A stretch of 30,528 nt of DNA from a virus (Duplodnaviria > Caudoviricetes). The stretch lies in IMG/VR virus record IMGVR_UViG_3300030372_004806, positions 1 to 30,528 of that record; one strand, 5' to 3'. Position 1 is the first letter of the stretch; each line of letters begins with the position of its first letter. Under the pieces are notes generated by a model. That model had not been told where the DNA came from. It saw only the letters and a program-made list of their open reading frames with translations, and searched no databases. This document shows positions 9,464-17,196 of this stretch, piece by piece. A program made the position numbers and the translations under genes.

Positions 9464-10128
9464 TAGCGCCACCTCCCAATCGCCAGGTAGCGCATGCTGT
9501 AGAGGTGCGCCTGGGTGACCGGCATGCCGGCAGTTGTGGTCGTTGCGTCATCTTGCGACGGCCCGGTGATGCGCCACTGAAACCGGAGGGTGATGTCCCC
9601 CTGCGGCACCAGGCTCGACCCGATGACGCGGAAGGCCTCATGGCATCCGGGGCCGCGTTTTTCCGCAATGACAACACCGTTCGCAGTGATGCGCAGGTTG
9701 AGGTATCGCGGCGACAGTGGGTGGGGAATGTTGTTGCCCGCCGCCATGCTGCCGAAGATGTAGCCGTTGCCCGCCCACTCGATGTGGAGGTGGCCACCCT
9801 TGAAGCCGGCAAGAACAACCGCGGTGCCGCTCGATGCGTTCTGCCAGCCCCCAGGGTACACCCGAAAGGCTGCCGCGTCCCAGGTGTTGGAAGGGCCACT
9901 GCCGACATAGACAACCGAGTTTTGCTGCCCGCCTGTCGGGTGTGATGGGTCGATGTAGCCGCGCAGGATGCCGTAGTCTTTGAGTCTTGACTCGGTGACA
10001 TACGCCTCGGGCAGCTGGTCTCGGTCGAGCGTCGTGATGCTCGACTGCTGCGCGCGCAGCTCGTCGTTGACTGCGTCCGGGCTGAGGGTTCCGCCCGTTG
10101 TCGCGTCTCGCTGTGTCCACCGCTTCAT
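9463..10128 (-). CDS. Tail-associated structural protein (221 aa)
   Basis: ATGA overlap with the nozzle gene. N-terminal GGTLSPDAVNDEL motif. Confidence 0.7.
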   Translation of the reverse strand: MKRWTQRDATTGGTLSPDAVNDELRAQQSSITTLDRDQLPEAYVTESRLKDYGILRGYIDPSHPTGGQQNSVVYVGSGPSNTWDAAAFRVYPGGWQNASSGTAVVLAGFKGGHLHIEWAGNGYIFGSMAAGNNIPHPLSPRYLNLRITANGVVIAEKRGPGCHEAFRVIGSSLVPQGDITLRFQWRITGPSQDDATTTTAGMPVTQAHLYSMRYLAIGRWR

Positions 10129-12311
10129 GCGCGCCTTCCCATCACGACTTTTGTGCCCTTCGTGGTGAACTCATACTCATGGCCGACCAGGATGATGTCT
10201 GCCGTCGTTTCGAGCTCGAAGCAGAACCACGCCGCGGACATATGCGCGACACTGTAGCGGAGGGGAACCAGGCGCTCGGACTGGTAGGTCTCGGGCGCAC
10301 CGAGCACCGTCTTGTCGAGGGTCGGCAGCACAACCGCGTCGGGGGGTTGGGCGAGGTAGGTGCGCTCAAGCACGGGCACCAAGTCGAAGTCTTTGTAGTG
10401 CCGCATTGTGATGGTGCTGTCGCCGGTCGTCATGACCCAGATGGTGACGTAGGTGACCTGCTTCTGCAGCTGAGGGTCACCGGCAGACCACCAGGCAGAC
10501 CGGTACACGCTCGTCGGTGCGCCCTTGAAGGTCATCTGGTCGGCTACGATGCTGCTGCCGAGTGCTCGCTTGCCGCTCATGACGAAGAGACCGCGTTGCG
10601 AGTCGGTGCCCCCTGCCTCGGCCCCGGTGTGGTGTCCGAAGATGATGGTGCCGTCTGCCCGAGTCGCCAGGGCTCCGACTGGAAAGCCTCGTCGGGTGCT
10701 CCACGGGCTGAGGCGCTGCGAGTCGATGAGCGCAAGCCGGTCGAGGTGCAGAACGAGGCCGCGGTTCGGGCGGTCGTTGCCCTGAGCTGGGAAGAAGAGC
10801 TGGTACTGTCGCTCGGACGCACTGAACACCGCAACAGCCCGGGGCAGGCAGTCGGGCGTCATGCGCTGGATGAACTCGTCTTGGCCGAGGGTCAGGTTGA
10901 CCAGGTCCGCAATGGCGCCGCCCTCGAGGCCGCCCGTCAACCCGTACACACCATCCGTTCCCAGGAAGACGACCCCGAGGCCGGGCACCGCTGCGATTGT
11001 GTGGGGGCTCAGGCAGGTCACCGAGTTGCTGATTGTGGAGACCTGGAAGCCCTCCGCAAAGCTGCCGGTGACGACGTCGATGCCCCGTTCACGAAAGACG
11101 AGCAGGTTGGTGTAGGAGCCGAACAGGCCGGTGATGGCACCGCCCTCGCTCGACAGCTGCACAAAGTTCGCGGCCCCGAACTGCTCAATCAGCCCCGGCG
11201 CGCTGTAGTACAGGCTCAGTCCGTCATCGATGCCGCCGTCGAGCCACAGACAGCCCCCGAAGAGCCCACTGAAGCGCGCGCGGGGGGCAGGCAGGGGGCC
11301 GGTGGCAAGGTCGGGCTTGGGGCTGTTGAGGTTGCTACCGCGCACCGCGTCAAAGTACAGGTCTTCTGCGTTGTTGCGGACGATGTCGACGCGGTAGAGC
11401 GTGGTGTCTCCGGGCTGGTTGCTGTCTTCGCTGTAGTTTTTCGTGCGGTAGATGACGCGGGCAACGGTGCCCTCGGGGCCGATGGGCAGGCGCAGCCCGA
11501 CTGCGTGACGCATTCTGTCCGCGTTCTGTGCCAAGCCCCACGAGATCGATGCGGGCTCGCTGCTTGGCCCTTCGCTGCCGGTGTCGGTGATGAAGCTGAC
11601 GACGTAGCGATAGAGCGCCTCGTTGTCACCGTCTGCCGCCCCTGCCGCCTTGTTGCTGCCAAAGCCCAGCCCCCAGCGCCCGCCGTCGGCGATTGCGAGT
11701 GGATTGCTTGGGCACCACAAAGTCAAAGCGCTGCCGAGGATGGTCGGGTTGTAGGTTGGGGGGCTCGGCGCAGGCATCGGGTTGACGCGGAGAGGCTCGG
11801 GCGAGCTCGGCAGCGTCGAGAAGCCGAAAGCCCTGCAGCACCTGGCAATGGCTGCCGTCGACTCGGACGCGTTGCCGAGAGGCCACGGGTTCACGATGAC
11901 AGGGCGGTCGACCCCGTTGGTGATGATGGTGCCGTACGGGGTGTCGGTGAACCAGCTGCCGGCCTCGGTAGGCGTTGGGATGTGCCGGTCGGCCTGCAAG
12001 GTACGCAGGGTGGGAGCCCCAGCAGCGTCGTAGTAGAGCTGCAGCTTGCCGTCTGACTCGAAGAGTACTGCCTGCCGGGCACCGCCCGCGAGCTGCTGCG
12101 CAACATGCAGCGCATAGACCGGGCCAGTGGTGGCAAAGGGGTCGAAGTCGTTGCGGCCTGTTCTGTATTGCTCGTAGCCGACCCGAGACGACCAGCCGCC
12201 CGAGACCCGGTCAAGGGTCCAGTTCTGCAGCTTGCCTGCGTCCTGCGGGTTCTGGGGCAGCCTGGTGGCTACGCCGCCTGCCAGGGGCGTCTGGAACTGC
12301 GACTGGTTCAT
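10125..12311 (-). CDS. Tail nozzle / tail tubular protein B-like (head-stabilisation) protein (728 aa)
   Basis: N-terminal GGVATR...LQNW, beta-propeller-like segments (GGAITGLFGSYTNLLVFRE, CLSPHTIA, VVFLGTDGVYGL), follows the adaptor. Confidence 0.75.
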   Translation of the reverse strand: MNQSQFQTPLAGGVATRLPQNPQDAGKLQNWTLDRVSGGWSSRVGYEQYRTGRNDFDPFATTGPVYALHVAQQLAGGARQAVLFESDGKLQLYYDAAGAPTLRTLQADRHIPTPTEAGSWFTDTPYGTIITNGVDRPVIVNPWPLGNASESTAAIARCCRAFGFSTLPSSPEPLRVNPMPAPSPPTYNPTILGSALTLWCPSNPLAIADGGRWGLGFGSNKAAGAADGDNEALYRYVVSFITDTGSEGPSSEPASISWGLAQNADRMRHAVGLRLPIGPEGTVARVIYRTKNYSEDSNQPGDTTLYRVDIVRNNAEDLYFDAVRGSNLNSPKPDLATGPLPAPRARFSGLFGGCLWLDGGIDDGLSLYYSAPGLIEQFGAANFVQLSSEGGAITGLFGSYTNLLVFRERGIDVVTGSFAEGFQVSTISNSVTCLSPHTIAAVPGLGVVFLGTDGVYGLTGGLEGGAIADLVNLTLGQDEFIQRMTPDCLPRAVAVFSASERQYQLFFPAQGNDRPNRGLVLHLDRLALIDSQRLSPWSTRRGFPVGALATRADGTIIFGHHTGAEAGGTDSQRGLFVMSGKRALGSSIVADQMTFKGAPTSVYRSAWWSAGDPQLQKQVTYVTIWVMTTGDSTITMRHYKDFDLVPVLERTYLAQPPDAVVLPTLDKTVLGAPETYQSERLVPLRYSVAHMSAAWFCFELETTADIILVGHEYEFTTKGTKVVMGRRA

Positions 12312-13675
12312 GAGAACGTCAGGGGGCCGTAGGGGTTGCGGACGAAGCGGGTGCCCGCGGTGGGTGTGCCCTTGATGATTCGTCGGGGCACCTCCTTCAA
12401 GTAGCGCTGCTCCATGGCCTTGAAGAGCACGTCCTTCTTGCGCATGTAGACCGATGCGAGGGCAGGGTTGTCGACCTTGAGGGTGAGCGCTTCGAGGGCA
12501 GCATAGGCGACAATCTGCGCATAGGCGGCAGGCACGAGGGGTACGTCCTGGTCCTCCTGCATGCGAGGGGGCGCGACTACCATGCGGGTATCGATGTCCT
12601 GGTCACCGCTCGGGTGGGGGTAGAGCTCGACCGACCGATACAGGCCGGCCTGGTTGAAGCTGTAGCGGATGGCCTCGGACTGAAAGGCCTGCCCGCTCAG
12701 GTGGGTCAGGCTGAGGTTCGGCTTGAGGGTCACACCGCCCGTCGGGGCTACGGTGTCGACTCCGACTGCAAGGGCATCGACCGCGTCTGCATGGGTGATG
12801 CGCACCGGCGCCAGGATGTTGGCCTCAGCGCAGGTGAAGTAGTACCGACGATACAAGCCCGTCTGGTTGGGCAGGGTCTCGGGCGTCAGGGTCAGGGTCT
12901 GCGTGTTGGTGAGCGTGAAGCTCGCGACCTTGCTGAGGGCAGACTCGAAGCCCGACGACACATCCCGTCGGTAGGTCGGGTAGTTCTGCGCGTTGGGGCC
13001 GGCGACGTTGCACATGTAGACGTCAATGGTGCGCGCGCCTTGGGAGGCACCTGCTACCGTTGCAATCCCTCGGGGCACCTGGGGCGCTGGGATGCGGTCG
13101 CCCTCGCTGGGAAGGAAGGCCTCGATGGTGCCGAGCAGGTCAGGGTCAAGGTTGGCGTCTTCGCGCTCCCACTTGCTCAAGAACATCGCTTTGGCGGGTA
13201 TGCCCACCTTGGGGTCACTGACGTTCTGCAGGGTCATGCAGTCCGACGGTAGGCGCACCTCTCGCCGCTTGACGGTGACGGTGTAGGTGCCGCTTGCACC
13301 GATGAAGGGGCGGCGCAGGTACAGCCTGGTGGCGAGCTCGACCCAGGCAACGCGGTGCCGGTGGGAGTTGCCCGCGGAGTCCTCGAAGGTCAGCTCAGCC
13401 CGGGCGAGGTTGCTGCCCGGTGTGATGGGGTCTGCCGAGATAGGCAGCCCGGTGCCTGTCACTGTGGCGCTGCCGCTGGTGAAGGTCAGGCTGAGAGTCG
13501 TGTCCGTGTACACCTTGACGCGTCGCTCTTTGCTCGCGAAGGCCCAGGGCCGGTCTGTCAGGGTGCGCGTCTGCGCGTCGTTGAGCAGCGCGACGAGCTG
13601 CGCCCGGTAGGTGGTGTTGACCGGGTCGTAGTCCAGGAGGTTGCCGCAGAAGTCGAGTAGCTCGCCGAGATTCAA
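12308..13675 (-). CDS. Head-tail adaptor / tail tubular protein A-like with inserted beta domains (455 aa)
   Basis: MNLGELL...LLNDAQ...PWAF N-terminus, VRLPSDC, ELYPHPS and VPLVPAAYAQIVAYAA motifs typical of podoviral adaptors. GAGGTG SD with TTG start. Confidence 0.75.
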   Translation of the reverse strand: MNLGELLDFCGNLLDYDPVNTTYRAQLVALLNDAQTRTLTDRPWAFASKERRVKVYTDTTLSLTFTSGSATVTGTGLPISADPITPGSNLARAELTFEDSAGNSHRHRVAWVELATRLYLRRPFIGASGTYTVTVKRREVRLPSDCMTLQNVSDPKVGIPAKAMFLSKWEREDANLDPDLLGTIEAFLPSEGDRIPAPQVPRGIATVAGASQGARTIDVYMCNVAGPNAQNYPTYRRDVSSGFESALSKVASFTLTNTQTLTLTPETLPNQTGLYRRYYFTCAEANILAPVRITHADAVDALAVGVDTVAPTGGVTLKPNLSLTHLSGQAFQSEAIRYSFNQAGLYRSVELYPHPSGDQDIDTRMVVAPPRMQEDQDVPLVPAAYAQIVAYAALEALTLKVDNPALASVYMRKKDVLFKAMEQRYLKEVPRRIIKGTPTAGTRFVRNPYGPLTFS

Positions 13676-13689
13676 GGGTCACCTCATGG

Positions 13690-13729
13690 AAAGAAGGCCC
13701 CTTCGCCGTGGGAACAGAGCGAAGGGGCC
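13690..13729 (-). terminator. Intrinsic terminator after the capsid/decoration genes
   Basis: Perfect 11-bp stem GGCCCCTTCGC/GCGAAGGGGCC with a 12-nt loop, followed by TTCTTT on the minus strand. Confidence 0.7.
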
Positions 13730-13781
13730 GGAGCAGCGCCTGCCGAGGACACGTGGCAGGGCACCGCCCTGGGGGGGGGGC
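13690..13781 (-). ncRNA. Candidate 3'UTR-derived small RNA with three hairpins and C-rich loops
   Basis: GCCC-CCCCCCA-GGGC, then CCUGCC-ACGUGUCCUC-GGCAGG, then the terminator hairpin with loop UCUGUUCCCACG. Confidence 0.35.
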
Positions 13782-14249
13782 TCAGTACTTCTTGATGACG
13801 AAGACCGGTGCGATGTTGGTGGCATCGGCTGCGAGGGCGATACCGCACACGCTACCGGTCGTGGTGCCAGGCACCTCGATTTCGGCGCGGCCTGCGGTGC
13901 CGATGGGACCGACGAGGGCACTGCCCGCAACGGTTGCACCTGCCACCTGGGCCTCGTCGACGTAGCCGGCCACGACGATGCGGACCTGCTCACCGGCTGC
14001 AGCGACGGCAGCAAGGGCCACACCGAACGCAGCAGCGTTGCCCTTCGTGCCGACCCCAACGCATTCCTTGACGTAGAGCGCACGGTCTGCGCCGGTCTTG
14101 GATGCGTCGAGCTCAACCCAATCGCCCTTGGCAATGGCGCCGGAGCTGATGAAGGTTTCGACCTGGCGGCGGTTCATGGTGTCGGCACCGGCCCCGGTAG
14201 GGGAGGTGATGCCGTCGCCGAGGAACTGAATGAGAGTTGAGGTAGCCAT
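13782..14249 (-). CDS. Capsid decoration/cement protein (155 aa)
   Basis: Directly after MCP. Ala/Gly/Val-rich with GAIAKGDWV, FGVALAA and GIALAA motifs typical of cement proteins. Confidence 0.75.
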   Translation of the reverse strand: MATSTLIQFLGDGITSPTGAGADTMNRRQVETFISSGAIAKGDWVELDASKTGADRALYVKECVGVGTKGNAAAFGVALAAVAAAGEQVRIVVAGYVDEAQVAGATVAGSALVGPIGTAGRAEIEVPGTTTGSVCGIALAADATNIAPVFVIKKY

Positions 14250-14252
14250 GGC

Positions 14253-15266
14253 TCAGGCCTCCGCGTCGAGAAGGACACCGTGCGAAGCAAGGTGACCGGT
14301 GACAAGCTGCATGCGGCAGAAGACCATAGCGGCTTCGGTCGCAGTGCCGGGAACGGGCATCATATCGCCGACTTCGAAGAAGCCGTCGGTGTCCGCATAG
14401 AGCTGGAAGTTCGAGCTGCTCAGCACGTAGGCGCTGACAGGCTTCGCAGGGTTCTGGGCGGTGAAGCCGAGGTTGGGCTCAACATAGATGCGAGCACCGC
14501 GCCACATTGCAACCATGTCGCGGTCAAGGCTGTCGCGGCCGTCGGCGCTGACGTAGTTGACGAAGCTCTGCTGCTTGGCCTGGAAGGCTGCGAAGCACTT
14601 GGGCGACATGAGGATGATGTCAGGGAACTCGCCGGAGGGGTTCCGAATCTGACAGTCAATCATGAGCTGGTCGAGGTGGGACAACGCGAAGTTGGCGCCA
14701 CTGTCGAAGAAGTTGTTGAACCAGTTGTTGGCCCGGTAGGTGGTCTTGGACAAACCGCCAACGGTGTTCTGCTGGGTGTTCGTGGCGATGCCTTCGAGCC
14801 AACCAGTAGAAGCGGCAGTGGTGAGACCGTTGAGGGTCTGCAGCGTTGTCAGGGTGGAGCTGTTGCCCACGATGACCTGCTTGCTGACTTCCTTCTTCAG
14901 CCCCAGCATGACGTTCTTCATCTTCGATTCGAGGATGTTGACGACTGCGAGGTCACCCTTGTTCGCGGCCTTTTCTACGGCGTTCAGGATGATAGGCTGC
15001 GTAAAGTTCGAGTACTCGAACTTGGCAGTCTGGAAGGGGTCAGTCACTGCCATGTTCACCGGCTCGAAGCCGTTGGTCAGCTCGGTGATGCTGGAGTGGT
15101 CACCGAAGATGACAGGCTGCTCGACGCGGAGACCGCCCGAGACCTTGACCAGGTTGCCCGCGGATTCAATCGCGCGGAAGAGGGGATGGCTGAGGAAAGA
15201 GTTGTCAATCAGCTTGTCGCGCAGGAGCTGCAGCGTAGTGCTGATGACGCTTTGTGGTGCGGCCAA
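14253..15266 (-). CDS. Major capsid protein (337 aa, TTG start)
   Basis: Size and position after scaffold. DNSFLSHPLF, SGGLRVEQPV, GGLSKTTY..WFN and PDIIL motifs of an HK97-fold MCP family. GGGAGG SD. Confidence 0.88.
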   Translation of the reverse strand: MAAPQSVISTTLQLLRDKLIDNSFLSHPLFRAIESAGNLVKVSGGLRVEQPVIFGDHSSITELTNGFEPVNMAVTDPFQTAKFEYSNFTQPIILNAVEKAANKGDLAVVNILESKMKNVMLGLKKEVSKQVIVGNSSTLTTLQTLNGLTTAASTGWLEGIATNTQQNTVGGLSKTTYRANNWFNNFFDSGANFALSHLDQLMIDCQIRNPSGEFPDIILMSPKCFAAFQAKQQSFVNYVSADGRDSLDRDMVAMWRGARIYVEPNLGFTAQNPAKPVSAYVLSSSNFQLYADTDGFFEVGDMMPVPGTATEAAMVFCRMQLVTGHLASHGVLLDAEA

Positions 15267-15365
15267 GGTGGCCTCCCATAGCGGTTGGATGCTTGCGAAT
15301 TCGGGGCGTGCTGCGGTCGTCGCAGTGCCGAAGGCGCAAGGCTCCGCTACGGGGTGGCCTTACAT
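15267..15365 (-). promoter_or_regulatory. Structured 5' leader of the capsid gene, able to sequester the SD
   Basis: Nested stems 15275-84/15344-53, 15292-97/15335-40, 15300-04/15328-32 and 15311-15/15321-25, with a competing stem 15336-42/15357-63. Confidence 0.55.
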
Positions 15366-15370
15366 GGCTG

Positions 15371-15382
15371 CATTGTAGCACG
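15371..15382 (-). promoter_or_regulatory. Putative extended -10 promoter CGTGCTACAATG for the capsid operon
   Basis: TG-n-TACAAT immediately after the scaffold stop codon. Confidence 0.6.
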
Positions 15383-15385
15383 GCG

Positions 15386-16201
15386 TCAGCGGCGGTGCAT
15401 AGCCTGGGCCATGGCGAGAATATCGGCCGCACTGGTGTTGCGCAGGTCTCCCCGCTTGGGTCGGCCTTGGCGTCCGCCCTTGCGGCTGGCACCGGTGCCC
15501 TTGAGCGCCGCCTCTTTGGCTGCCCGTCGCTTTGCTGCCCGGGCCTCGCTGGCTTGGGCCGCTTCGGCCTTTGCTGCCTTGCCCTTGGCTGCCCAGTAGG
15601 CGGTTTCGAGGTCGAGCGAGTCGTTGTTCTCAAGCAGGTGCTGCACCTCCGAGCGAAGCCCGGTGTCCGTCTCGAAGTCAGGGTGCTGCTGCAAGAAGCT
15701 CTTGTAGTTGTCCTGCGCTGCCATCTGCTCGTACTCGGCTTGCATCGGCTCAAGCACCTGCTGCAGGCGCCTGGTGACCTCTCGCTCGATGCGCGCGTTG
15801 ATGCTCGCCTCGTTGAACGGGTCGTATTCCGGCAGCTCTTCCGGCTCAGTCAGCGATTGCTTGCCCCGCATCAAGGCTTCCCGCTCTCGCTTGAAGTCCT
15901 TGCGCTGCTCGCTCAGCTCCTGCGTCTTGCGAGTGTAGTCGGCCTGCATGCTGCGCATGAGCTTGGCGATGTCGGGGGGCACACTCTTTACGGCCTGCTC
16001 CCAGCTCAGTCCCCGCTTCTTCGGGGGCTCGTCACCCGTCTGCTCTTCCAGCTCGACTTCGGCCCCGTCGTTCTCCATGGCAGCTTGCATCGCTGCGAGC
16101 TCGGGGTCAGGGGCTGCGGGTGTCGGCTCGGCTGCTTCCGGCTGGATGGTTTGCGCCTGCACTTCTGCAAGCACTTGCTCGGCAACGCTTTCATGGGGCA
16201 T
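15386..16201 (-). CDS. Capsid scaffolding protein (271 aa)
   Basis: Acidic N-terminus, MQADYTRKTQELSEQRK scaffold-type motif, coiled coil, basic C-terminus, immediately upstream of MCP. Confidence 0.85.
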   Translation of the reverse strand: MPHESVAEQVLAEVQAQTIQPEAAEPTPAAPDPELAAMQAAMENDGAEVELEEQTGDEPPKKRGLSWEQAVKSVPPDIAKLMRSMQADYTRKTQELSEQRKDFKREREALMRGKQSLTEPEELPEYDPFNEASINARIEREVTRRLQQVLEPMQAEYEQMAAQDNYKSFLQQHPDFETDTGLRSEVQHLLENNDSLDLETAYWAAKGKAAKAEAAQASEARAAKRRAAKEAALKGTGASRKGGRQGRPKRGDLRNTSAADILAMAQAMHRR

Positions 16202-16207
16202 GTGTCC

Positions 16208-16684
16208 TCACGTGATGAGCTTGATGGGTTGCCCGACTTGGCGATACCAAGACGGGTTCCAGCCCGGGGCCTTGATGAAGGCGACCGGCCGGCCCAAGAA
16301 GGTGGTGCCAAGCTCAAGCACACTCACCCCTTGGATTCGATTGACGAGGAAGGTGCGCCAGCCCGGCAGCCCGCCTGTTGCTGTCGCTGACTGCGGGTCG
16401 ACGTACAGGTGCAGGTAGGTGCGGCCGTTCTTGCCTCGCCAGATGGCATGAGGGTTCCCGACCCGCTGCCCCAGGGCGCCTGGTGTGCCCTCGGGCTGCC
16501 ACTTGTCCTTGTAGAAGAAGGTCACCGGCTGCTTGCGCTCGATGGCCTGGGTCAGGTTTCCGAGAACGCCGCCCTCGTAGCTCCGGTAGTAGGCCTGCTT
16601 GCGCGTTGCAGGTATGACCGACTCGGGACGCTTGCCAAAGCCGAATATCTGCGCCAGGCGTAGCCTTATCGACTTAAAGGCCAT
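16208..16684 (-). CDS. Stand-alone WYL-domain protein (158 aa)
   Basis: Matches the WYL pattern: LTQAIERKQPVTFFY...QRVGNPHAI...TYLHLY...GWRTFLVNRIQGVSVL...PGWNP. No N-terminal HTH or C-terminal WCX domain evident. Confidence 0.75.
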   Translation of the reverse strand: MAFKSIRLRLAQIFGFGKRPESVIPATRKQAYYRSYEGGVLGNLTQAIERKQPVTFFYKDKWQPEGTPGALGQRVGNPHAIWRGKNGRTYLHLYVDPQSATATGGLPGWRTFLVNRIQGVSVLELGTTFLGRPVAFIKAPGWNPSWYRQVGQPIKLIT

Positions 16685-16686
16685 CT

Positions 16687-17193
16687 CTACCGCCGCATAC
16701 GCTTAGCGAAGTCGAACTCTTCCTCTTCCTCTTCTTCCTCGCCGTCGGGCATCATGACGGTCTCTTCCTCGACCACCTCCTCCTCAACCGGGGCATCGAG
16801 GAACTCAGCGAAGGCCTTGTCTGCTGCGAGCTGGGTGAGGGCTGCGGTGATGGCGGTGAGCTCACTGTCACCCTTGATGTCTTCGAGTTCCACGGGGAAC
16901 GGCTTGCCGTAGTCGCTTGCTGCTGTTGCCATCATCGCAAGAAATCTTGCAACATCCGCCTCCATCTCTTCGACGTCGTCGGTGTAGCGCTCGGGGGTCA
17001 GGTCGAGCCCCATGACCTTCGCGGCCTTGCTGATGGCCTGGGTCAGGGCGGTGTAGACCTTCGCCGAGTAGGGCCGGTCTGGAATGGGTACGAGGCCTGC
17101 CATCTCCTGCCCGATGAGGTTGTCTTGCTCTTCGGCGATGGCGGCAAGGTCGGCGGGCATGCCCTGGGGGGCGCTGGCAATCATGAGAGGCAT
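16687..17193 (-). CDS. Acidic helical hypothetical protein in the head module (168 aa)
   Basis: Tightly packed after portal. Poly-Glu C-terminal tract ending FDFAKRMRR. Confidence 0.8.
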   Translation of the reverse strand: MPLMIASAPQGMPADLAAIAEEQDNLIGQEMAGLVPIPDRPYSAKVYTALTQAISKAAKVMGLDLTPERYTDDVEEMEADVARFLAMMATAASDYGKPFPVELEDIKGDSELTAITAALTQLAADKAFAEFLDAPVEEEVVEEETVMMPDGEEEEEEEEFDFAKRMRR

Positions 17194-17196
17194 GGG

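Noticed and set aside
10098-12056. Long plus-strand ORFs (652 aa here; also 1212..2423, 14280..15281, 15254..16390, 19060..20157)
   Set aside because: They are antisense shadows of well-supported genes in GC-rich DNA, with no recognisable motifs or RBS.
13753-13965. Plus-strand ORF starting GAGGACAC-GTG inside the hairpin
   Set aside because: The RBS spacing mimics the scaffold gene, but the frame is antisense to the decoration gene, no promoter is visible and the product is featureless.
13679-14134. Frameshift or readthrough extension of the decoration protein at the C10 tract
   Set aside because: The tract lies after the stop codon, and the alternative frames give no meaningful domain.
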